Part shown: one piece after another, positions 19,780 to 29,015 of the stretch | How positions within the stretch are numbered: the stretch's first letter is position 1 | Layout: each line of letters starts with the position of its first letter | IMG/VR virus record: IMGVR_UViG_3300024346_000030 | Location: 22,968 to 86,967 of that record | DNA: 64,000 nt | Origin: a virus | Lineage: Duplodnaviria; Caudoviricetes | Direction: 5' to 3' (one strand) | The notes under the pieces: generated by a model | What the model saw: only the letters and a program-made list of their open reading frames with translations | Database searches by the model: none | Told to the model about the DNA's origin: nothing | Program-made: the position numbers and the translations under genes

Positions 19780-20748
19780 ATGGAATACGATTTTTCAGAA
19801 CAAGCAAAAGAGTTTTTAGAAAGCCATTCAGCTAAAAGACCAGGACCTAAAGGTTCCGCTCAAACTCCGTCTAAAAAAGACGAGAAAAAAGAGGGTTCGA
19901 GCAAAAACGAGAAAGGTAGTGCTGGCAAAGATGGTAAAAAAATAACATTTTCAGATAAGATCATATCAGCTTTAAAAACAAAAGTTAAAGAACACAACGA
20001 AAAACATTCCAAAAAAGTAACATTAGCTCAACTTAAAAAAGTATACAGAAGAGGTGCTGGTGCTTTTAGCTCTAGCCACAGACCTGGTATGACCAGGGGT
20101 CAATGGGCAATGGCTAGAGTAAATATGTTTCTTAAAATGACCAGAGGTGGTAAAGTTAAAAAATCGTATAAAGCTGCTGATAAAGACGTAGCTAATGGTT
20201 CAGAAGATTATTACATTGAAAAAGAAGGAGAAGCATTTTTCGCCTTTGAAGACATTGACTTTCAGCTTGCTAAAATTGATTTGGTAAAAGCTGGTATTGA
20301 AGTATGGGATCAAGACCAAGAAGCTGAAGAACTTGAATATTCAGAGGCTGAGAAAAAAACCCTTAACAAACCTTTTAGACTCAAAGGAGAAAAAAAGAAA
20401 TTCGGTGTTTATGTTAAAAGTCCCAAAACAGGTAACGTTATTGTAGTTAAGTTTGGTGACCCAAATATGGAAATCAAAAGAGATGATCCTGATCGTCGTA
20501 GAAGTTTTAGAGCTAGACACAAGTGTGACACAGCTAAAGACAAAACCACACCTCGTTATTGGTCTTGCAAGATGTGGAGCAAAAAGCCAGTCAATAAATC
20601 AGTTTCCTCTGAAGCTTTAGAGTGGGACGAGGAAGAACTAATCAGCGAGTGGGGCTGGGATGAATCTTGTGTTCTCGAAAACGGAGATGATTTCCTATCT
20701 TATGATCATTTAAAAGATTGTAAAACAGTTGAAGAAGATGGAGTATGA
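19780..20748 (+). CDS. Basic two-domain viral protein of unknown function
   Basis: Lys-rich N-terminus. Domain 1 LKKVYRRGAGAF..SHRPG..RGQWAMARVN.FL; domain 2 KKFGVYVK...VVKFGDPNM.IK..DP.RR.SFRARHKC...TPRYWSC.MW. Both recalled as viral DUF-type domains, unverified. Confidence 0.6.
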   Translation: MEYDFSEQAKEFLESHSAKRPGPKGSAQTPSKKDEKKEGSSKNEKGSAGKDGKKITFSDKIISALKTKVKEHNEKHSKKVTLAQLKKVYRRGAGAFSSSHRPGMTRGQWAMARVNMFLKMTRGGKVKKSYKAADKDVANGSEDYYIEKEGEAFFAFEDIDFQLAKIDLVKAGIEVWDQDQEAEELEYSEAEKKTLNKPFRLKGEKKKFGVYVKSPKTGNVIVVKFGDPNMEIKRDDPDRRRSFRARHKCDTAKDKTTPRYWSCKMWSKKPVNKSVSSEALEWDEEELISEWGWDESCVLENGDDFLSYDHLKDCKTVEEDGV

Positions 20749-20756
20749 TATATAAT
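20729..20756 (+). promoter_or_regulatory. Sigma70-like promoter TTGAAG-N16-TATAAT, 5 nt before the GTG at 20762
   Basis: Perfect -10 box heading the glycan cluster. Confidence 0.5.
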
Positions 20757-20761
20757 ATTGC

Positions 20762-21511
20762 GTGTCCAGCGTTATATTAACTTCATATTTCACCAAAAAG
20801 AAACACCCAAACAGTCCGCAAGACAATCATGTTGTCGGTCGTGATAAAGACGGGTTTATTTCTAAGGACGATTTCTCATATATAGAGCCTTGGTACAACT
20901 CTGTTAATAGTTTAAAGTTATCGGGATATATATTTCACGATGGTTTATCGAGTGAATTTGTATCTACTTATGAGACAGATAATGTAAAGTTTATACAAGT
21001 AGAAGATTCAGAGTGGTCTAACTTAGATTATAGGTGGTTTTGCTACAAAGATTTTTTAGACAATAATCAATTTGAAAACGTCTTTCTAACTGATTGTTCA
21101 GATGTTAAAATAGTAAAAAACCCATCTTTAATTCTTGATGAGTTTCCAGAAGTTGATATCTTTCTTTGCAAGGACTCAATAATGCTAAATCAGTTTCCTT
21201 ATATTGATTTTCATGATTCGTTTAACTTGGAAGATAGAGTTTGGTTTTTAATCAACCAAAACAGATTAGAACTAATTAATATGGGGGTGATCGGAGGTTC
21301 TTATAAAAACATAAAAACCTTCCTCGATTCTTACAAAACAGTAAGAGAGGGTTTAAAAAATAAGGAGTTTGGACAAGCTGACATGTTTGTTGGTCAGTAT
21401 CTCTTTAGAAGGGTTCTCAAAGAGAAAAAACTATTGATAGGAAGCCCTTTTTGTAGCGAGTTTAAAGGTTACCAAGAAGATAGGGACGACGTATATTTTA
21501 TCCATAAGTAA
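20762..21511 (+). CDS. Putative nucleotide-diphospho-sugar transferase (GT-A-like)
   Basis: RWFCYKDFL...VFLTDCSDVKIVKNP and INMGVIGG resemble DxD-type GT-A motifs; glycan gene context. Confidence 0.5.
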   Translation: MSSVILTSYFTKKKHPNSPQDNHVVGRDKDGFISKDDFSYIEPWYNSVNSLKLSGYIFHDGLSSEFVSTYETDNVKFIQVEDSEWSNLDYRWFCYKDFLDNNQFENVFLTDCSDVKIVKNPSLILDEFPEVDIFLCKDSIMLNQFPYIDFHDSFNLEDRVWFLINQNRLELINMGVIGGSYKNIKTFLDSYKTVREGLKNKEFGQADMFVGQYLFRRVLKEKKLLIGSPFCSEFKGYQEDRDDVYFIHK

Positions 21512-21513
21512 AT

Positions 21514-22134
21514 ATGAAAGATTTTAAAGACAAACATAAAGGCAAGACCTTTGTAATTTTCGGTTCTGGACCAAGCCTATTAGATTGGGATGATTCGTTT
21601 TGTGGAGATGTTATCAAGGTAGGTTGCAATACGGTGTTTATGCATAAGCCAAACCTTGACTATTATCTAATACAAGATTCAGGTCTCATGACTGGAAGCA
21701 AGAATGGATACTGCAAATTTAAGAACAAGTATGACAAATACCAACCATCCATTAAAAAGTTTTATGGAGTTTCTTATTTTGATAAAGGAAGGCTTCACGG
21801 GCATTCGCTATCTCCACAAGACGTAAAAGATGGTGAGGCTTTAACTTATTCAGTTGGTTCTGTCGGTAGTGATTCTGACTTTATTGAGTTTTATTCAGTT
21901 ATATTTTCTTGCTTACAATTTGCAGATTTGTGTGGGGCAGAAAAGATCATCGTAGTTGGTTGCGACGTTACAAACAACATTAGGGTGGGCGAAGAACAAG
22001 AACACAACGGATACAAAATAACCAATCTAAAGAAAAGGTGGGAAAATTTTAAAAATTTTTATCCACACCTAAATATTAAAGTTTTCAAGCCAATGGGATT
22101 AAAGGATTTATTTAAAGAATATAAAATATCATGA
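21514..22134 (+). CDS. DUF115/MptE-like (Maf-type) putative sugar transferase
   Basis: FKDKHKGKTFVIFGSGPSL...IKVGCN and SVIFSCLQFA..CGAEKIIVVGCD pattern. Confidence 0.6.
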   Translation: MKDFKDKHKGKTFVIFGSGPSLLDWDDSFCGDVIKVGCNTVFMHKPNLDYYLIQDSGLMTGSKNGYCKFKNKYDKYQPSIKKFYGVSYFDKGRLHGHSLSPQDVKDGEALTYSVGSVGSDSDFIEFYSVIFSCLQFADLCGAEKIIVVGCDVTNNIRVGEEQEHNGYKITNLKKRWENFKNFYPHLNIKVFKPMGLKDLFKEYKIS

Positions 22135-22697
22135 AAAAAGTAAAATTTTTAAGCAAAAAACACAGAGCACTATTTATCCACATACCCAAAACAGGTGGCG
22201 CAACCATTAAACACCACCTTATTAAGGACTTTGACAGAATATTTGACGCACCACCAAAGCACATATATGATTTTTCTTTTGCGTTTGTCAGAAATCCTTT
22301 TACAAGATTTTGTAGTGCTTTATCAATGTTTAAACATGGTTCTATTTGGGTAAAAAACGAAGATAAATATTTATCTGTAGATAAAGCCATTTCTATTCTA
22401 GAGGATGAATCAATAGGTCATGCTAATATAGCATCTGACTTCAATCAATATTTAAAACATCATATGATACCGATGACCCATCCTTATAATTGTATTGACT
22501 TGGCTGGAAAAACATATAAATTTGAAGAATATAGCGATGCTTATAAAGACATAAGCGATAGATTAGGGATTTGCAAACCAGAAAAACAAATCAATAAATC
22601 TAAATGTGATCTTGATTACAAAGAAATCTTATCAAAAGACCAAACAAAAAAAATAGAAGAAATCTTCAAAGATGATTTTGAGGCCTTTAATTATTAA
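22131..22697 (+). CDS. Sulfotransferase (Sulfotransfer_2 family)
   Basis: PAPS-binding LFIHIPKTGGATI and FAFVRNPFTRFCSA motifs. Confidence 0.85.
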   Translation: MKKVKFLSKKHRALFIHIPKTGGATIKHHLIKDFDRIFDAPPKHIYDFSFAFVRNPFTRFCSALSMFKHGSIWVKNEDKYLSVDKAISILEDESIGHANIASDFNQYLKHHMIPMTHPYNCIDLAGKTYKFEEYSDAYKDISDRLGICKPEKQINKSKCDLDYKEILSKDQTKKIEEIFKDDFEAFNY

Positions 22698-22708
22698 AAC
22701 AATACAAC

Positions 22709-23257
22709 ATGAAAGAAATAAAACAAAAATTTGACTCTGATTTTTTTCAGAAGGTCTACGAAGAAGAGGACTGGTATGGAAATGCAGCTGCTGGCAGATG
22801 TCCAGGTACAAGGCTATTTCCTTTGTATGAAAGAAACATAGAAGGTAAGGTTCTTGATGTTGGTTGTGGGAGGGGCGATGTTGTAAACTTATTAAGATCA
22901 AAGGGTTTTGAAGCAGATGGTATAGATCAAATAAACCTAGACAACGGAATGATTGTGGGGTCAATATTAGAGCCATTTGAGGATGGAAAATATGACACCA
23001 TGATTTGTATAGATGTTATAGAACATATAGAAAAAGAATATGAAGACATATTATTCGAAAACCTCAGTAAAAGCAAAACTCAAATATTTGCTATACATAA
23101 TGGACCATCAATCACCAAAGGTGAAGATATACATGTAAACAAAAGAAGCTGGAGTGAATGGCAAGAAAAAATTGAAACTCTCTTTGAAATAAAAAGAAAA
23201 ATAAGGATTCATGCTGAACAGTATCTTTATGTAACAGAACCAAAACAAAAAAGATAA
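22709..23257 (+). CDS. Class I SAM-dependent methyltransferase
   Basis: KVLDVGCGRG, GID, and YDTMICIDVIEHI motifs. Confidence 0.85.
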   Translation: MKEIKQKFDSDFFQKVYEEEDWYGNAAAGRCPGTRLFPLYERNIEGKVLDVGCGRGDVVNLLRSKGFEADGIDQINLDNGMIVGSILEPFEDGKYDTMICIDVIEHIEKEYEDILFENLSKSKTQIFAIHNGPSITKGEDIHVNKRSWSEWQEKIETLFEIKRKIRIHAEQYLYVTEPKQKR

Positions 23258-23259
23258 AA

Positions 23260-24288
23260 ATGAAGAAGGCAATAATTACAGGAGTAACAGGTCAAGATGG
23301 TAGTCACATGGTAGACTACTTGTTGGCGAACACAGACATTGATATCATCGCAGGAGTACGCCGACTTAGCGTTAAAAATCACGAGAATATAAAACACTTG
23401 TCTGACAGCCCAAGATTTAGACTAATCGACCTTGATATAACTGATCAATCAAATGTCAATCGTGTTATCGAGGAAGAGAAGCCAGACTACTTTATTAATT
23501 TTGCAGCAAATTCATTTGTTGGTGTTAGTTGGGACATGCCAGAGAACCACATGAATACAAACTGCATGGCGGTATTGTACCAGCTTGAGGCTATCCGCAA
23601 ATACTGCCCAGATTGCCGTTATTACAACGCTGGTTCATCCGAAGAGTTTGGCGACGTAGTTACTGCCCCACAGGACGAGACGCACCCACTGCGCCCTAGA
23701 AGCCCCTATGGAGCATCCAAAGCGGCAGCAAGACACCTAGTTAAAGTATGGCGTGAAAGTTATAATTTATACGCCATTCAAGGTTGGCTTTTTAATCACG
23801 AAGGAATTCGTAGAGGTGAAGAATTTCTTACCCGAAAAGTCACTAAAGGTGTGGCTGAGATATTTTGGAAAAACAGCATCGGAGATGACTTCAAACCCAT
23901 TAAGCTTGGAAACCTTGAAGCAAAAAGAGACTGGTCTGATGCGGAGGATTTTGTAGATGGTATTTGGAAGATGCTTAATCAAAAAGAGCCAAAGGAATAT
24001 GTTCTAGCCTCTGGAGAGACCCATACAATCAGAGAGTTTGTGGAAACTGCTTTTGCTTATGCTGGCTACGGTGCTGAAAAATGCAAATGGGTTGGTGAAG
24101 GTCTAGACGAAAAATATATTCACGGTAATCAATTACTTGTTGAGATTAACCCTAAATATTACAGACCCGCCGAGGTAGAGCTTTTATTAGGAGACCCTTC
24201 CAGAGCAGAAAAAGAGCTTGGCTGGATCAGAAAAACAAATTTTCAAGGGCTTGTAAAAAAGATGGTTGACAACGATATCAGTTTGTGA
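23260..24288 (+). CDS. gmd: GDP-mannose 4,6-dehydratase
   Basis: GVTGQDGSH, NFAANSFV.VSW, AGSSEEFG, PRSPYGASK, LFNHEG.RRG..F.TRK, LGNLEAKRDW and RPAEVELLLGD. Confidence 0.95.
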   Translation: MKKAIITGVTGQDGSHMVDYLLANTDIDIIAGVRRLSVKNHENIKHLSDSPRFRLIDLDITDQSNVNRVIEEEKPDYFINFAANSFVGVSWDMPENHMNTNCMAVLYQLEAIRKYCPDCRYYNAGSSEEFGDVVTAPQDETHPLRPRSPYGASKAAARHLVKVWRESYNLYAIQGWLFNHEGIRRGEEFLTRKVTKGVAEIFWKNSIGDDFKPIKLGNLEAKRDWSDAEDFVDGIWKMLNQKEPKEYVLASGETHTIREFVETAFAYAGYGAEKCKWVGEGLDEKYIHGNQLLVEINPKYYRPAEVELLLGDPSRAEKELGWIRKTNFQGLVKKMVDNDISL

Positions 24289-24294
24289 TATCGT
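24266..24294 (+). promoter_or_regulatory. Sigma70-like promoter TTGACA-N17-TATCGT, 6 nt before the ATG at 24301, overlapped by a 10-bp inverted repeat
   Basis: AACGATATCA-gtttg-TGATATCGTT at 24271-24295. Confidence 0.6.
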
Positions 24295-24300
24295 TATCCC

Positions 24301-24741
24301 ATGCCTAGGGGTAAAAAAGAGTGTCCATCATGCAAAAGTCTCATAGGAGTGAGGCTCGAAAGCTGTGCGTGTGGACACGTATTTTCCAAAAAGAAAAAAG
24401 CAGAAAGTAAGATAAGTAAAATGTCTATACTTAACAGGCTTATTTTGGTACCAGATAAAAATAAGAGGCCCTTCTATGCGAGGGAAATGAAAATGCTAAA
24501 CATCCTCTGCGAGAGATACTCTCTTGAGTTTATTAACATAGTGGAGTTTGGTAAAAAGTTTGATTCGTTTGCTTATATTTCGAGTCCAAAACTTAAGGAT
24601 GTTATGGATATGAAATGGAGGGCTTTTAATTATAAGGTTGACAAAAATAAATATACGGAATATAATATTGGTGAAAAGGTAGGGAAAGACAAACAAATAA
24701 CAAAAAGAAACAAAACAACAAAAGATTTTTTAAATGAGTGA
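24301..24741 (+). CDS. Hypothetical protein with N-terminal zinc ribbon
   Basis: CPSC...CACGH; heads the recombination/replication operon. Confidence 0.6.
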   Translation: MPRGKKECPSCKSLIGVRLESCACGHVFSKKKKAESKISKMSILNRLILVPDKNKRPFYAREMKMLNILCERYSLEFINIVEFGKKFDSFAYISSPKLKDVMDMKWRAFNYKVDKNKYTEYNIGEKVGKDKQITKRNKTTKDFLNE

Positions 24742-25852
24742 TAAACTAAATTCAACTAACCTATTAGGCAACTTCCTAAAAGCAAACAAGGAAGACCATT
24801 ACAATTTCGAAGAAGAGATTGATTATAAAATCTCAAGCGGGTCACTTCAATTTGACCTCCATTTAGGAGGCGGCTTTGGACCAGGTCTTCATAGGTTTTG
24901 TGGTATGAACGAAGGAGGTAAGACTTCCGAAGCTTTGGAGGTTATGAAAAACTTCTTAATTACCCTGCCTAAATCAAAAGCGGTTTACTTCAAAGCTGAA
25001 GGTAGGCTTTCTCCAGAGATGAAGAAGAGGTCTGGCGTTAAGTTCGTTTCCAAAGCTGAAGATTGGGTAGAGGGTACGTGTTTTGTCTTTGAGTCAAACA
25101 TTTACGAGACTGTCGTAGATCTAATGAGGCAGCTTGTAACCAATAACGAGGACGAAACGAAATACTGTTTCCTTTTAGATTCTGTTGATGGATTGATTTT
25201 AAAAAATGACATCGATAAACCCTTTGAGGATTCATCAAAGATAGCTGGTGGAGCAGTTGTTGCTGGAACCTTCATGAAGAAAATGTCAATAGCCTTAGCT
25301 AAACGTGGTCACATGGCTATTTTCATTTCGCAGGTTAGGGCTGACATAAAATTAGATCCCTACAGCAAAGCTCCAATTAGGCAAACTAGCGCTACAGGCG
25401 GTAACGCATTATTGCATTTTGCTAACTGGATTATAGAATTCGAAGCTAGATATAATAAAGACTGTATTCTTAAAAACCCATCAATCAAAAAGATGGACGC
25501 AAAGAAAAACCCAGCAATAGGCCACTTCGCCGTTGTTACAGTTAAAAAATCACCAAACGAAAAAACTAATACTAAAATTACATACCCAATCAGGTATGGT
25601 AGGTCTGATGGTACATCTATATGGATTGAAAAAGAAATAGTAGATTTACTTTTTGCTTGGGAGTTCTTAATTAAGAAAGGTTCATGGATACAAGCGACAG
25701 AAGAATTCCTTGAGATAATTTCAGAAAACAACTTAGAGTTTCCAGAAAAAATCCAAGGAGAAAACAACGTTTTCAAGCAAATAGAAGGTGATGAGAAGCT
25801 TTCTGATTTCCTAGTTGATTATTTCAAAAAAGCGATCAATGAATTTTCATGA
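24734..25852 (+). CDS. recA: RecA/UvsX-like recombinase
   Basis: ISSGSLQFD..LGGG, Walker A GMNEGGKT, Walker B FLLDSV, IFISQVR and TGGNALLH. Confidence 0.88.
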   Translation: MSDKLNSTNLLGNFLKANKEDHYNFEEEIDYKISSGSLQFDLHLGGGFGPGLHRFCGMNEGGKTSEALEVMKNFLITLPKSKAVYFKAEGRLSPEMKKRSGVKFVSKAEDWVEGTCFVFESNIYETVVDLMRQLVTNNEDETKYCFLLDSVDGLILKNDIDKPFEDSSKIAGGAVVAGTFMKKMSIALAKRGHMAIFISQVRADIKLDPYSKAPIRQTSATGGNALLHFANWIIEFEARYNKDCILKNPSIKKMDAKKNPAIGHFAVVTVKKSPNEKTNTKITYPIRYGRSDGTSIWIEKEIVDLLFAWEFLIKKGSWIQATEEFLEIISENNLEFPEKIQGENNVFKQIEGDEKLSDFLVDYFKKAINEFS

Positions 25853-26256
25853 AGTTTTATGATTCATATGGAAAAACAAGAAACCTAAAAAACCCCAAAA
25901 AATATCTAATAGATTGGGATGGCTCTAGTCGAAGTAAATTTCAAAATAATGTGAAAAACTTTTTAAGAGACTACTGGTTTAACGATATTGTTTTTGAAGA
26001 ATTCCGAGTTGTTGGCTCCAGATTGTCTCTTGACTTTTATAACGCAAACAAAAAGATTGCAATTGAGGTTCAAGGAGCTCAACATTTAAAATACGTCAAG
26101 CACTTTCACAAAAACAAATTAAAATATTTAGATCAATTGAAAAGAGATCAGAAAAAGCTTGATTTCTGTGAGATCAATGGTATAAAGCTTGTAGAGATAT
26201 ACCCAAAAGATAAACTAAGCCCAACATACTTTACAGACCAAGATATATATTTATGA
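25849..26256 (+). CDS. DUF559/Vsr-like PD-(D/E)XK endonuclease
   Basis: EEFRV...LSLDFY....KIAIEVQG.QH...RDQKK..FC..NGIKLVEI. Confidence 0.7.
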   Translation: MKFYDSYGKTRNLKNPKKYLIDWDGSSRSKFQNNVKNFLRDYWFNDIVFEEFRVVGSRLSLDFYNANKKIAIEVQGAQHLKYVKHFHKNKLKYLDQLKRDQKKLDFCEINGIKLVEIYPKDKLSPTYFTDQDIYL

Positions 26257-26474
26257 ATGAAGAAGCAGTATTTGTGATACCAGAAAATTTTTTAGATAAG
26301 TTGTACGAGTTTACGGGTTCGGCTGACAAGTATAAAGGTTTAATATTGGTCCATTGTGACGAGAAGGGTAGACCTATCATATTTAATAATTGCGAGTCTC
26401 AAATTATTGAGTCAGGACTAATGAAAGCAATGAGCTCATACCTAAAAAGATACGACAATATACAAACAAAATGA
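26253..26474 (+). CDS. Hypothetical protein
   Basis: ATGA overlaps with both neighbours. Confidence 0.6.
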   Translation: MNEEAVFVIPENFLDKLYEFTGSADKYKGLILVHCDEKGRPIIFNNCESQIIESGLMKAMSSYLKRYDNIQTK

Positions 26475-27979
26475 TTTACAATCTAGAACTAGAAAAACAG
26501 CTGCTAGCTGGTCTTATAAAAGATCCAGATTCCTTTTCTGAAATATCAAACTTCATCAATAATGATGATTTCTATTCAGAAGAGAGCAATCTGCACAAAA
26601 CCATTTTTACTGTAATAAAGCAAGCACATCAGTCTGGTGAGGATATCGATGAGATTATCGTTGCTGACAGAATAGCGAGCATAGGGTTATCTTTTGAAGA
26701 TAATTTAAACCCCTCTGATTATATTAAGTCGTTAGCATTAAGGAAGGTTCCTGTTGGTAATGTAATTAAAACAGCAAAAGAACTCAAAAAGACTTCGGTA
26801 AGAAGAGGTATTTACAAAGCCGCTCAAGATGTGGCTAGTGAGATGAAGAAGATTTCTCCAGAAATTCCATATACAGAAATCATAGAAAAAGCAGACCAGG
26901 TTTACAATTCTAAAATAAATCTATACGAAGCTGGTGATAATTTACCAGAAAACATATATGATGAAATGGAGTTCGTTATCGAGGATAGGGGTAATAACCC
27001 TGTCGTAGAGTTTGGCATGATGGGACCACACCCAACAGTTAATAAGATTTACGGGTCACTTCTTAGGCCTGGTAATATTACGGTTATTGTTGCAAGATCT
27101 GGTGTTGGTAAAACTCAGTTTTGCATGGATTATGCCACTAAGGTAAGCTTAAAATACGACGTTCCTGTTTTGCATTTTGATAACGGAGAGATGAGTAAAG
27201 AGGAACTTATAATGAGGCAGTGTGCTTCTTTATCTGGCGTACCGATGCATCTACTTGAAAGCGGTAAGTGGAGACAAGCTGGTAGCGATGTTGTAGATAA
27301 AGTTCGTTCTGTTTGGCCTAAGGTTAAAAACCTAAAATTTTATTACTATAATGTTGGAGGTCTAGATGTTGACTCAATGGTTAATACATTGAAGCGCTTT
27401 TACTTCTCCAAAGTAGGCAGAGGCAACAAGATGATTTTTTCTTTTGACTACATCAAAACCACAAGCGAAGCTTCCGCCAATAAAAACGAGTGGCAGATTG
27501 TTGGGGAAATGGTCGACAAGTTCAAGAAGTGTGTCCAGAAAGAAATACTTCATGAAGGCGAACCTATCATACCAATGATAACCTCTGTCCAGTCCAATAG
27601 GTATGGAATAACGAACAACAGAAACGCTCAGAATGTGGTTGACGATGAGAGCATCGTGTCTCTCTCTGATAGAATTATTCAATTCTGTTCTCACATGTTT
27701 ATCCTAAGAAGTAAAACTGCTGATGAAATAGAAATTGAAGGGAGCAACTTTGGAACCCATAAGTTAGTCAACATTAAAAGCAGACACTTAGGACAAGACA
27801 TCGCTGGAGCTCTGGAACCTATCCAAGTCGGAGACACTCTTCGTAAAAACTTTATAAACCTCAACTTTGCTAACTTTAACATTACGGAAAGAGGAGATCT
27901 TCGTGATATAGTTAGGTCTGACGAAGGTCATGCAGAGATAGATGGGTCAGAAGTACAACAGGTTCCTAGTTTTGAATGA
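26471..27979 (+). CDS. dnaB: DnaB-like replicative helicase
   Basis: N-terminal LELEKQLLAGLI domain, Walker A ARSGVGKT, HFDNGEM, FDYI and SVQSNR. Confidence 0.9.
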   Translation: MIYNLELEKQLLAGLIKDPDSFSEISNFINNDDFYSEESNLHKTIFTVIKQAHQSGEDIDEIIVADRIASIGLSFEDNLNPSDYIKSLALRKVPVGNVIKTAKELKKTSVRRGIYKAAQDVASEMKKISPEIPYTEIIEKADQVYNSKINLYEAGDNLPENIYDEMEFVIEDRGNNPVVEFGMMGPHPTVNKIYGSLLRPGNITVIVARSGVGKTQFCMDYATKVSLKYDVPVLHFDNGEMSKEELIMRQCASLSGVPMHLLESGKWRQAGSDVVDKVRSVWPKVKNLKFYYYNVGGLDVDSMVNTLKRFYFSKVGRGNKMIFSFDYIKTTSEASANKNEWQIVGEMVDKFKKCVQKEILHEGEPIIPMITSVQSNRYGITNNRNAQNVVDDESIVSLSDRIIQFCSHMFILRSKTADEIEIEGSNFGTHKLVNIKSRHLGQDIAGALEPIQVGDTLRKNFINLNFANFNITERGDLRDIVRSDEGHAEIDGSEVQQVPSFE

Positions 27980-27989
27980 TATAGCAGAC

Positions 27990-29015
27990 ATGAAACAAAT
28001 CCTAGAAAACATTGGTTACAATCTTGTTGATTGCGGTAACCATTGGAGAACCAGGGCTGTGTATAGGGATGGAGACAACCCTACGGCGCTGCAGATATAT
28101 AAAAACACAGGGGTATGGATAGACTTTATTCAAGGCAATAAGTCAAAACCTTTTGAAGCTCTTATACAGCTTACATTAAAAGACGATAAAGATAAATTAA
28201 AAACAATCCTAAAGTCGATAGACTCAAACTCTGAAGATTTTACTGAATACAAACAAAAAGCATTAATACAAATGGAGAAAACTTACGACAATTCTGTTTT
28301 AGATAAATTGTTCCCTAACTACAATTTTTATAAATGCAAAAAAATATCAGAGTCAACACAGTCTGCTTTCAAGGTTGGTCTAGCTGGCTCTGGTCAGATG
28401 TATCGCAGAATGGTTTTCCCTGTTTATAATGAACACTCTCAAATTATAGGTTTCTCAGGTAGAAGAGTTGATGACAATGATTTTGCAAAATGGAAACACT
28501 TAGGTAAAAAAAATAACTGGATATACCCAGCCTATATACCAAACGAAGAGAGTGTAGACTCTATAATAACAAAGTCTAAAGAAGTGTATCTTGTAGAAAG
28601 TATTGGTGATGCAATGTCCCTTTATGAAGAAGGCATAAAGAATGTGTTAGTTATTTTTGGTCTTTCTGTCAGTGCTTCAATTATAACTTATTTATCTAGT
28701 AAAAGTTTAGAAAGAATAATTATAGCTGGTAACAATGATTTCAATTCGAAAGAGAATAGGGGTTTGATGGCTTCGATTAAAAACTTTTTAAAACTCTCAG
28801 CTTATTTTGATCTTGATTCTATTCAAATTAAAAACCCACCGAAAGGTTTTAATGATCTTGGAGAGGCACATGAGTCTGGTAAATCTTTAAAAGACTGGTC
28901 TAATGATAAAGTTGATATAAAAAAGCAAAGGTCTTTTATATCCAGCTTCGTTTCGGAGAACTACCAGAAGTTTTCTAAAAGCCATATTAAAAAAGCAAAA
29001 AAAATAAATGAGTGA
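27990..29015 (+). CDS. dnaG: DnaG-like primase (Toprim) with degenerate zinc-binding domain
   Basis: RMVFPVYNEHSQIIGFSGR, KWKH, VYLVESIGDAMSL, IIAGNND. Start at ATG 27990 or TTG 27972. Confidence 0.85.
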   Translation: MKQILENIGYNLVDCGNHWRTRAVYRDGDNPTALQIYKNTGVWIDFIQGNKSKPFEALIQLTLKDDKDKLKTILKSIDSNSEDFTEYKQKALIQMEKTYDNSVLDKLFPNYNFYKCKKISESTQSAFKVGLAGSGQMYRRMVFPVYNEHSQIIGFSGRRVDDNDFAKWKHLGKKNNWIYPAYIPNEESVDSIITKSKEVYLVESIGDAMSLYEEGIKNVLVIFGLSVSASIITYLSSKSLERIIIAGNNDFNSKENRGLMASIKNFLKLSAYFDLDSIQIKNPPKGFNDLGEAHESGKSLKDWSNDKVDIKKQRSFISSFVSENYQKFSKSHIKKAKKINE

